Of a DNA stretch of 15,267 nt, positions 1 through 5,634 are shown in pieces. The notes under the pieces were generated by a model, which saw only the letters and a program-made list of their open reading frames with translations, was not told where the DNA came from and searched no databases. The translations under genes were made by a program, and so were the position numbers. Positions within the stretch are counted from its first letter, which is position 1. Every line of letters starts with the position of its first letter. Source of the stretch: a virus; the IMG/VR virus record IMGVR_UViG_3300037882_000065, positions 1-15,267 of that record; one strand, given 5' to 3'.

Positions 1-99
1 AAAAGTGCCACCATGAACTTATCGCCGTCGATACGTTGGCCAGCAACAAGACTTGCGTGTTTTCTGTCCGGACTTAAATCGATAGCCATCCAAGTATCC
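1..99. repeat. Terminal overlap copy 1 (identical to 15169-15267); a circular-assembly overlap, not a biological repeat
   Basis: Compared base by base: aaaagtgccaccatgaactt...gatagccatccaagtatcc at 1-99 equals 15169-15267. Both copies are cut exactly by the window ends and lie inside the terminase reading frame. Confidence 0.9.
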
Positions 100-1058
100 T
101 TCTCACGATCAAGCTTAAAGGAATCATCCTTACACTTCTTCCATTCGGCTTCTGAGATGACTGGATTAATCATTGAAACAAACTGGCAAAGGATCTCAGT
201 CCTAAATATATCTTCTCGGTCTGACAAAGAATCTTTAATGTTGTCCTCATGAACCGTGTGGCCTAAAGAGGGGTTACTTTGATACCAAGCCTCTTTATCG
301 TCAACAGCAGCCCCCGGTTCTGCCGACCATTCAAACCATCCAATAGAATCATCTGCCCCAGATGCCGCAGCTAGTCCTCGTTCTCTAAATTTAAGAAGTA
401 AAACCGATCCTGCATGGCCTGCATTGCTGTAGAAATATGCTTGAGGGTTTTTATTTGACATCTGAGTAAATCGCATGCTTGACCAAACATCTTCTGTATC
501 GAATTCGCGTAACTCATCGATGTGAATTACATCCGGCCCTGCTATACCACGCGCGGCTGAGTTTCCTGCTCTAATTAGGTAGCGAGCCCCATTCTTAAAT
601 CTAATCTCTTGGCTTCCCTTAGACTCAAACTTCTTAGCAAAGTTTTCCTGAAGGATATGAGAGTCATCAATCATCTGCCCTACCTTAAAAAAGATTTCTG
701 CTGAGGTAGTGAGTTTGTGAGCTGTAGCAAGGTGCATCTTCTCGCCTAGTCTGTAAATACCAAACAAGATCCGAAGCGCCATAAATGTTGACTTGCCCTG
801 TTGTCTCGGAAGCATGATGCCCACTAGCGGATGAGCCCATCTAGAATCTGCTTTGTATTTCAAGCTCTCGATTGCAAGCAATTCCTGCCAAGGTAGAAGC
901 GGAAACCCGATCTCTTTGCAAAAGTCGATCATCTCTTGCCCTCTAGAAGGTAAATCTAGGCTTGGAGACATGATTCTGGGCGTTTGTGAGCCATAACGCG
1001 GTTCTACTACCCCTTCCTGCGCCCGTGTGAGCCCGATAGAGCCGTTTTCAGCCGTCAT
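1..1058 (-). CDS. terL: Terminase large subunit, N-terminal ATPase part (continues across the circular junction into 14760-15168; full protein 488 aa)
   Basis: Not in the ORF track because it runs off the window edge. Hand translation from ATG 1058-1056 is open down to base 1: MTAENGSIGLTRAQEGVVEPRYGSQTPRIMSPSLDLPSRGQEMIDFCKEIGFPLLPWQELL... Walker A is GIMLPRQQGKST (786-821) and Walker B is VIHIDE (513-530). The frame runs into MAIDLSPDRK at base 89, which equals 15257. Confidence 0.9.
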   Translation of the reverse strand, partial: MTAENGSIGLTRAQEGVVEPRYGSQTPRIMSPSLDLPSRGQEMIDFCKEIGFPLLPWQELLAIESLKYKADSRWAHPLVGIMLPRQQGKSTFMALRILFGIYRLGEKMHLATAHKLTTSAEIFFKVGQMIDDSHILQENFAKKFESKGSQEIRFKNGARYLIRAGNSAARGIAGPDVIHIDELREFDTEDVWSSMRFTQMSNKNPQAYFYSNAGHAGSVLLLKFRERGLAAASGADDSIGWFEWSAEPGAAVDDKEAWYQSNPSLGHTVHEDNIKDSLSDREDIFRTEILCQFVSMINPVISEAEWKKCKDDSFKLDREKDTWMAIDLSPDRKHASLVAGQRIDGDKFMVAL

Positions 1059-1060
1059 GA

Positions 1061-1375
1061 CTAGTTCTCATCCGATTCGAGCAGATAGTGGCTTTCTGTG
1101 GCGTTTTTGGGGTAAAGAGAACCATGAAGGGTCGGTGGTGTCTTAGCGCTCTCAAAAAACCTACCCCCCTTCGATGAATTACATGATTGGCATAATACTT
1201 CTAAATTACTTAAAGCATCACTACCACCTAATACCCTTGGAACTATGTGATCTACAGTAAGACTATCCTCTGTGCCACATCTTTGGCAGCATTGATCTCT
1301 ATTAATTACTGTCTGTCTTATTTTACGCCAAGCAGTAGTAGATCCAGTAGAACGTAGAGCTGATTGCTTAGCCAT
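1061..1375 (-). CDS. HNH endonuclease (terminase-associated type)
   Basis: 104 aa with CCQRCG...DHIVPRVLGG...SNLEVLCQSCNSSKG, an HNH beta-beta-alpha-metal motif with paired CxxC. Its stop is 2 nt before the terL ATG. Its start overlaps the upstream stop as TAATG. Confidence 0.85.
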   Translation of the reverse strand: MAKQSALRSTGSTTAWRKIRQTVINRDQCCQRCGTEDSLTVDHIVPRVLGGSDALSNLEVLCQSCNSSKGGRFFESAKTPPTLHGSLYPKNATESHYLLESDEN

Positions 1376-1815
1376 TAATGCCAGCCCTTATCCTTCCAAT
1401 GTTGTAATGCTATACATGGTTCACCGTATCTATGACATATGTAATCTAATCCCCATTGTACTTGCTTATATCCATCTACCCTAGCAAGGTACTTAGATCT
1501 ACCTTGTGGTATTCCATGATGAGAACCATTCTTTGCTTCTGGTCTCCAATTACTTTCCTTTGTATAAAGCTTTTCTAAACACTTAAACTCTTTATAGTTA
1601 TATTCTAATTGATGTAATGCAAACTCTTTGTATGTTACATATTGCTTTGGTTTAGAGCCACCTGCTTCAGGCATAAAGCATAGAGATATCCCAATACATG
1701 CAAGCACCCCCCGCGCTATCCGCTTTAGCGGCGCGGGTTGAGCCCCTGAAGGGCTCTGCCTAGACATGGTACTGACTCTGTCAAGTTCCCCGTTTAATCT
1801 TGGGCGTGTCATCAC
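1375..1815 (-). CDS. Secreted or membrane-anchored lytic transglycosylase-like peptidoglycan hydrolase
   Basis: The C-terminal motif ESNWRPEAKNGSHHGIPQ...QVQWGLDYICHRYGEPCIALQHW matches the ESxWNxxAxNxSGAxGIPQ...QIxWGLxYIxxRYG transglycosylase family common in Gram-positive bacteria. The N-terminus has a basic stretch then a hydrophobic segment, KRIARGVLACIGISLCFMP. The start is GTG 1815 or ATG 1812, after GGAGGT. Confidence 0.65.
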   Translation of the reverse strand: MMTRPRLNGELDRVSTMSRQSPSGAQPAPLKRIARGVLACIGISLCFMPEAGGSKPKQYVTYKEFALHQLEYNYKEFKCLEKLYTKESNWRPEAKNGSHHGIPQGRSKYLARVDGYKQVQWGLDYICHRYGEPCIALQHWKDKGWH

Positions 1816-1827
1816 TTATTTACCTCC

Positions 1828-1849
1828 TGTGGATAACTTCTGTGGATAA
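1828..1849 (-). promoter_or_regulatory. Two tandem perfect DnaA-box 9-mers (TTATCCACA on the minus strand), 13 bp apart
   Basis: The plus strand reads tgtggataa at 1828-1836 and 1841-1849. The minus strand reads ACTTATCCACAGAAGTTATCCACAGGAGGT, in the 37-bp spacer between HNH-2 and the transglycosylase gene. The proximal box abuts the Shine-Dalgarno sequence. Confidence 0.5.
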
Positions 1850-1852
1850 GTA

Positions 1853-2308
1853 TCACCATGATTTAATCCTATTTACATGGGCATAATTACATTTAGAACA
1901 AGCTGCAACAAGGTTCTCTAGCTTGTCAATACCACCTTCATGTCTTGGAGTTACATGATCGACAGTATTAGCTTCATCTCCACACCAAAAGCATTGTTCA
2001 TCGTGCATCTTCAAGATAATGCGCCTACGCTGCCTCCAGATTCTTCTATTTGATTCTAATGCAGAAGGGTGCAAGCCAAGCATTACTTCATGGAATACAG
2101 GTAAATTGCTGTAAGTAATCTCTGTTACTGCTTTTCTATGACTAATCACATTTTCTTTCAAATAAGCATGAGTGCTTGGCAATCTCAAAGTAAAGAGTTT
2201 TTGACTTACTGAGTGGTAACTTCTACCAAGATGAGCAGAGCAATGACTGATTCCTTTCAAGCGGTTTGCTTTAAGCCAATCAATGTCAGCCTCTGTCCAT
2301 TTAGGCAT
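1853..2308 (-). CDS. Second HNH endonuclease with an extra N-terminal (possibly DNA-binding) domain
   Basis: 151 aa. The C-terminus reads CFWCGDEANTVDHVTPRHEGGIDKLENLVAACSKCN, an HNH motif. The roughly 100-aa N-terminal region starts WTEADIDWLKANRLKG, which looks like a Myb/SANT or HTH-type helix. The ATG overlaps the upstream stop (ATGCCTAA). Confidence 0.8.
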   Translation of the reverse strand: MPKWTEADIDWLKANRLKGISHCSAHLGRSYHSVSQKLFTLRLPSTHAYLKENVISHRKAVTEITYSNLPVFHEVMLGLHPSALESNRRIWRQRRRIILKMHDEQCFWCGDEANTVDHVTPRHEGGIDKLENLVAACSKCNYAHVNRIKSW

Positions 2309-2471
2309 CTTTGCCCCATCCTTTGCCCTTAAAGTGAATTGGATTTGCAGCTATAACTTTAGACATAGGCTCATTACAGTAAGTGCAAGGTACTACTGGT
2401 CGATCGTGCCATCCGTGATAGATCTCTTGACTAAGATTGCATCGTTTGCATGTGTAGTCGTAGGCTGGCAT
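2301..2471 (-). CDS. FmdB-family zinc-ribbon protein
   Basis: MPAYDYTCKRCNLSQEIYHGWHDRPVVPCTYCNEPMSKVI matches the MPxYxYxCxxC...CPxC FmdB-type signature. I moved the start to the internal ATG at 2471, which follows AGAGGTG by 6 nt. The track start at 2504 adds 11 unsupported residues. Confidence 0.6.
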   Translation of the reverse strand: MPAYDYTCKRCNLSQEIYHGWHDRPVVPCTYCNEPMSKVIAANPIHFKGKGWGKDA

Positions 2472-2893
2472 ATTAAGCACCTCTGTATCATGTAAGACCC
2501 ACATCCTGTACAGCGGTCAATATCTGCCTCTGTGGGTTCGCTAGTAAGATGACCGTATTTTAATATGAGTAGTGGCAAGAGATCCTCAAGTCGGATGATG
2601 GCGGCATAGTCACGCGCATCCTCTCCCTGTCCGTTGAGTCTGATTACTCCAAAGCCCAATTCCCCCGAAACGGCTGTGCGAGTTTTCAGCTGTGCTAAAT
2701 ATGCTTTTGGTTGGAATCCAGCGCGGGCTTTCACCTCAACATCAAAAGGCACATTAACAATATCCTTGCCACTACCCCTTCCCACACATGCGCCTTGCCA
2801 TACAGTCGATAGGTACTGTGCGACTACGCGCTCTGTGCGGAAACCTCTGTGTTTCCTGTGCTGACTAGCCATTAACAGCTTTGCATTTGGCAC
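2393..2893 (-). CDS. Hjc-like PD-(D/E)xK nuclease (putative Holliday junction resolvase) with a C-terminal CxxC-x7-CxxC tail
   Basis: HRGFRTERVVAQYL...GRGSGKDIVNVPFDVEVKAR follows the archaeal-Hjc pattern G..ER....L....R..SG..D....E.K. The tail reads CTGCGSYMIQRCLIC. The start is ATG 2893 or ATG 2872 (MASQ, overlapping the upstream stop). The 3' end overlaps the FmdB gene by 79 nt. Confidence 0.55.
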   Translation of the reverse strand: MPNAKLLMASQHRKHRGFRTERVVAQYLSTVWQGACVGRGSGKDIVNVPFDVEVKARAGFQPKAYLAQLKTRTAVSGELGFGVIRLNGQGEDARDYAAIIRLEDLLPLLILKYGHLTSEPTEADIDRCTGCGSYMIQRCLICQPTTTHANDAILVKRSITDGTIDQ

Positions 2894-3041
2894 ATTGCCA
2901 AGTTACTACACCATTTACAGAATCAGATGAAATATCCTCTAAGTCTCTTATCTGTACCGGCTCATTACATAACTGACATGGAACGAATGCTGACATAAGA
3001 TCAACCCATTCGCCATTGATCTTAATCCCTACAGTACCCAT
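2865..3041 (-). CDS. Small zinc-ribbon protein (58 aa), function unknown
   Basis: MGTVGIKINGEWVDLMSAFVPCQLCNEP...WQCAKCKAVNG carries two CxxC pairs. I chose ATG 3041, which forms a TAATG overlap with the upstream stop and follows GGAAGTGAG. The track version starts at 3107, inside the upstream gene. Confidence 0.5.
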   Translation of the reverse strand: MGTVGIKINGEWVDLMSAFVPCQLCNEPVQIRDLEDISSDSVNGVVTWQCAKCKAVNG

Positions 3042-3709
3042 TAAATTCTCACTTCCTGTGGACGCCATTTTCCATCGCTTCCCATGCGATACCAATTCGT
3101 AGGGCACTTAGCCTCACCTGTGCGTGGTGCATGACTGCAGAAGTATCCACCCCATGCTCTGCCATTTTTCTCGCCTTCTTTCCAAATTTGGCTGCCATGT
3201 TCGCAAGACGGAACTTGAGCAGCTTCTGGTGTACCCAAAATGTCCTGCACTAAATCAAGCGCCTTCTCTAAGGTAACAGGTGCATCGACTACGCCACGAT
3301 ATTCCCCAACAGGTGTAGTCCAGTAGTCCTGATCATCTGGCTTAACATCTTGAACTGGTGGCTTTACTACTTTTGTAGCAACCACCTTGCTCATTTCCTC
3401 TCGGCTTGGTCTCTTTCCTTTAGCAGCATAACCTGCATTTGCAAGTGCCCGACCGATTGCCGAAGTTTCACAATTCTCCAATGCAGAAGTCTGATTAACG
3501 CCGCGATCAGTAACCTTTTCCTCAGCGAGTCCTGTTGAAAACGCGGAGCTGCATTCAGCAGTCTTAAATAAATACGCTTTGACAATGTATCGATCCTTTT
3601 CACACACTTCCAATTCAGTCGATATGCGAAAATCTGGATAGTCCTTAATAAACTTTTCAAGTCTCACCTCTACTGTCTCGTAATCGGCTAAATTAAACAT
3701 AGAGCTCAT
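3041..3709 (-). CDS. Putative Rad52/Sak-like single-strand annealing protein with a Cys/Trp-rich C-terminal domain
   Basis: N-terminal sequence: YETVEVRLEKFIKDYPDFRISTEL...VKAYLF...STGLAEEKVTDRGVNQTSALENCETSAIGRALANAGY. This resembles the Rad52 N-domain pattern (beta-hairpin then helix, A.E.AET.A.KRAL..FG). The C-terminus reads CEHGSQIWKEGEKNGRAWGGYFCSH...CPTNWY. This is motif-level recognition only. Confidence 0.45.
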   Translation of the reverse strand: MSSMFNLADYETVEVRLEKFIKDYPDFRISTELEVCEKDRYIVKAYLFKTAECSSAFSTGLAEEKVTDRGVNQTSALENCETSAIGRALANAGYAAKGKRPSREEMSKVVATKVVKPPVQDVKPDDQDYWTTPVGEYRGVVDAPVTLEKALDLVQDILGTPEAAQVPSCEHGSQIWKEGEKNGRAWGGYFCSHAPRTGEAKCPTNWYRMGSDGKWRPQEVRI

Positions 3710-3971
3710 TCTCCTCTGTTGCTAATTGTCCGCCTAATGCGGCATAAGCTGCCATGTCTACCCATGTGTCGATCTGCTGTGCTGTCTCATTAGTCCTTGC
3801 AAGCTTAACCAATAACATAATTCCAGCGACTTGATAGTCATGTATTGGTGTTTGTAAGTATGCTGAGATGAGCATTGCGGTGTGTCGCAGGTTATCCGCA
3901 GGGTGACCGTATGAAAGGCCACGCTGGCTAATTGTGTCTGTGGCTGTAAGAAGGATCTCATTGGCTTTCAT
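3693..3971 (-). CDS. Conserved phage helical protein (DUF6378-like as I recall the family), function unknown
   Basis: RGLSYGHPADNLRHTAMLISAYL...IMLLVKLARTNE...DTWVDMAAYAALG matches the widespread phage pattern R..YG.p..nf..iA..w..yl...dva.mm.llK.aR...D...D.aGYA. I chose the ATG at 3971, which forms an ATGA overlap with the upstream small ORF. The track start at 3980 is a TTG. Confidence 0.55.
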   Translation of the reverse strand: MKANEILLTATDTISQRGLSYGHPADNLRHTAMLISAYLQTPIHDYQVAGIMLLVKLARTNETAQQIDTWVDMAAYAALGGQLATEENELYV

Positions 3972-4129
3972 TCTTGCCAAAAATCCTGACGGCTTGTAGA
4001 CCGTCCTTGATGATATCCCTCGCGTAAGCCTTTTTTATACGAAGTCCTTTGCACATCTATGATTACTATAGTAAAGCTAATAATCATGCCAATAATGCAG
4101 ATTAACAGTAGCTTGTCTGTATTGCTCAT
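3968..4129 (-). CDS. Small single-pass membrane protein (53 aa), not in the ORF track
   Basis: Hand translation: MSNTDKLLLICIIGMIISFTIVIIDVQRTSYKKGLREGYHQGRSTSRQDFWQE. A strong RBS, GGAAAGGGAG, lies 5 nt before ATG 4129. The stop TGA overlaps the next ATG (ATGA). Confidence 0.6.
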   Translation of the reverse strand: MSNTDKLLLICIIGMIISFTIVIIDVQRTSYKKGLREGYHQGRSTSRQDFWQE

Positions 4130-4263
4130 GTTGCTCCCTTTCCAGCGATATCTTCGCTGTTGGGATTAGTGTTGCATAGACCTATGGCAAATTTTGTTCA
4201 TTTTGGTAACGAAACCATAACGATTCTCCGATGTCTACGGCATCATCCAGAGTGCGTTTTATG

Positions 4264-5013
4264 TCAAGCGTATAATCGTCCATAAAGGGTAAACGATCCG
4301 TCCTTATTTATAGGCACTAGCATAGGGCTTACTCTGTCTCCATGTGTTTCTATGACTGCTACGCTCATCTGCCAATTAGCGCTTCCAGCCTTCAAATAAG
4401 AGGCTTTCTTCTTGTCCATAACATTACCTGCCTCTAGCCCCCATAAAGTCCTGTACGAGGCTCCTATGCCCTCTGTGAAGGCACTAATCCCTGCTCTGTG
4501 GGTATGTCCACAAACCACCGACTTACCAAACTTCTTAGCCAAACCAAGAGCTGTGAGACCGGCATTAGAGTTCATTGAGCCTTCGTCTCCGTGGACTAAG
4601 ACCCATCCTTTGTGAAACTCAAAGGGCTTTTTGTGGAAGCGGATGCCGAGACCTGCAAAGTCCATAAACTTGGCGTATTCAAGCTCTGGTAATCCAATGA
4701 GGCTAGGTGCTCGTAGTAGCGTATGGTAGAGCCTGTCTGTGTGATTGCTGCGAGTGACATCTGTTGTGCCGAGTTCATAGAGAATATCCTGAGCAAGGCT
4801 TCTGTCAGCATCGAGCGTTCCTTCCCATTCTAATTTAGTACCCTGTGCCCAACGACTTTGCGACTGCATGTCAAGCTCATCGCCGGTATTTAGGACTAGG
4901 TCAAACTTCTCGCGCTTTACTAACTTGATTAGATTCTTGACTGCTTGCTCATGATGATATGGGATCTGTAGATCTGAAATCACTAAGTAGCGTTTTTTAG
5001 TCATCGTCCTCAT
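4264..5013 (-). CDS. Calcineurin-like metallophosphoesterase (phosphatase or Mre11/SbcD-like nuclease fold)
   Basis: The ordered motifs are ISDLQIPYHH, NTGDELD, RSNHTD, LVHGDE and VCGHTHR, matching the DxH / GDxxD / GNH / H / GHxH signature set. The alternative start ATG 5004 (MTKK) overlaps the upstream stop. Confidence 0.8.
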   Translation of the reverse strand: MRTMTKKRYLVISDLQIPYHHEQAVKNLIKLVKREKFDLVLNTGDELDMQSQSRWAQGTKLEWEGTLDADRSLAQDILYELGTTDVTRSNHTDRLYHTLLRAPSLIGLPELEYAKFMDFAGLGIRFHKKPFEFHKGWVLVHGDEGSMNSNAGLTALGLAKKFGKSVVCGHTHRAGISAFTEGIGASYRTLWGLEAGNVMDKKKASYLKAGSANWQMSVAVIETHGDRVSPMLVPINKDGSFTLYGRLYA

Positions 5014-5221
5014 CTTCGTAATCGCCGAACCTTTCTGGATCGACTGGGTCTGGCAAGATCCAATGAGGATAGGCTTGAGGCTCTGTAATCATAAACATGG
5101 CTATATCTTCTGCAAAGCCTGCTCTTTTCAAGCTGCAAAAATACTCATAAAGCCCAATGCAGTAAGCATCGAGTTTTGAGTACCCTTGTTCCTCCAGTGC
5201 CTTAGTTGCTTTTCTTGCCAT
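4997..5221 (-). CDS. Hypothetical 74-aa protein with an acidic C-terminal tail (DYEDEDDD); first gene of the early module
   Basis: The ORF fills the gap with no competing frame. Its ATG is directly abutted by a DnaA-box 9-mer. No family recognised. Confidence 0.5.
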   Translation of the reverse strand: MARKATKALEEQGYSKLDAYCIGLYEYFCSLKRAGFAEDIAMFMITEPQAYPHWILPDPVDPERFGDYEDEDDD

Positions 5222-5229
5222 GTGGATAA
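5221..5229 (-). promoter_or_regulatory. Third perfect DnaA-box 9-mer (TTATCCACA), whose last A is the A of the ATG at 5221
   Basis: The plus strand reads tgtggataa at 5221-5229. The minus strand reads GGGACACTTATCCACATGGCA. It shares the 11-mer ACTTATCCACA with the distal box at 1841-1851. Confidence 0.45.
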
Positions 5230-5236
5230 GTGTCCC

Positions 5237-5428
5237 TTACTTTTTAAGAAGTTCCATCATCTGTTCTTGGCGTGTCTCTATTCTTGCTAAACGATCTGCA
5301 AGAGAGGAGCCACCATTTGGCGTAAGAGTCCAAAGCCATCCACGAACCAAATAACGCAAACCGCCGACAAAAACAGCAAGCGTAGAAGTAATGGCAAGGA
5401 TGAACCCTGCCCATTCATTTGCACTCAC
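5237..5428 (-). CDS. Holin-like or lysis-accessory membrane protein (63 aa, one TM plus a charged C-terminus)
   Basis: The TM segment is WAGFILAITSTLAVFVGGL, followed by RLARIETRQEQMMELLKK. The GTG start overlaps the upstream stop (GTGA). It is the last gene of the lysis cassette. Confidence 0.55.
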   Translation of the reverse strand: MSANEWAGFILAITSTLAVFVGGLRYLVRGWLWTLTPNGGSSLADRLARIETRQEQMMELLKK

Positions 5429-5634
5429 TCCATTCTGCCGTAATCTTTACGGTTCTTGTCTGCCCACGCTGCAACAGGTGCAGTAATGCCAGCGATCAAG
5501 ATTGCGTACTCTGGAGCAAAGTCCATTGCTAGTGCAAGAGTTGCTGCTACCGCAGATGCGCCAACCCCGATTAAATAATCTTTGAACATAGCCTTGAATT
5601 TAGGTGACTTCAAGCGCTTAATTAGTTTCTTCAT
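5425..5634 (-). CDS. Putative holin (69 aa, two TM segments)
   Basis: Basic N-terminus MKKLIKRLKSPKFK, then TM1 YLIGVGASAVAATLALAM, TM2 YAILIAGITAPVAAWA, and a charged C-terminus. It has an ATGA overlap with the upstream hydrolase gene. Confidence 0.6.
   Translation of the reverse strand: MKKLIKRLKSPKFKAMFKDYLIGVGASAVAATLALAMDFAPEYAILIAGITAPVAAWADKNRKDYGRME

Noticed and set aside
1-99. The 99-bp identical ends as genuine direct terminal repeats, LTRs or IS ends
   Set aside because: Both copies are truncated exactly by the window boundaries and lie in the middle of the terL reading frame, which is seamless across the junction. This is the signature of a circular assembly overlap, not of physical genome termini or a mobile element.
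13-252. Plus-strand ORF of 79 aa at the window start
   Set aside because: It is antisense to the hand-verified terL frame, low-complexity in sequence, and has no RBS. It is a shadow ORF.
1375-1815. Lipoprotein signal (lipobox) in the transglycosylase N-terminus (VLAC or ISLC)
   Set aside because: The hydrophobic region before VLAC is only 3 residues, and ISLC has Leu at the -1 position, so neither fits the L-[AS]-[GA]-C lipobox well. I describe it only as a signal-anchor-like segment.
3391-3660. Nested out-of-frame minus-strand ORFs (3391-3660, 3758-3961, 4596-4811, 5645-5980, 15035-15217)
   Set aside because: Each lies wholly inside a longer ORF with recognisable family motifs and has no RBS or coupling signal. 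They are most likely chance open frames.
4262-4267. Consensus -35 hexamer TTGACA on the minus strand at the end of the phosphoesterase gene
   Set aside because: No acceptable -10 hexamer is found 16-18 nt downstream (GATGCC, TGATGC or ATGCCG), so I do not call a promoter from it. Other -35/-10 pairings in the 4130-4263 gap are also weak.
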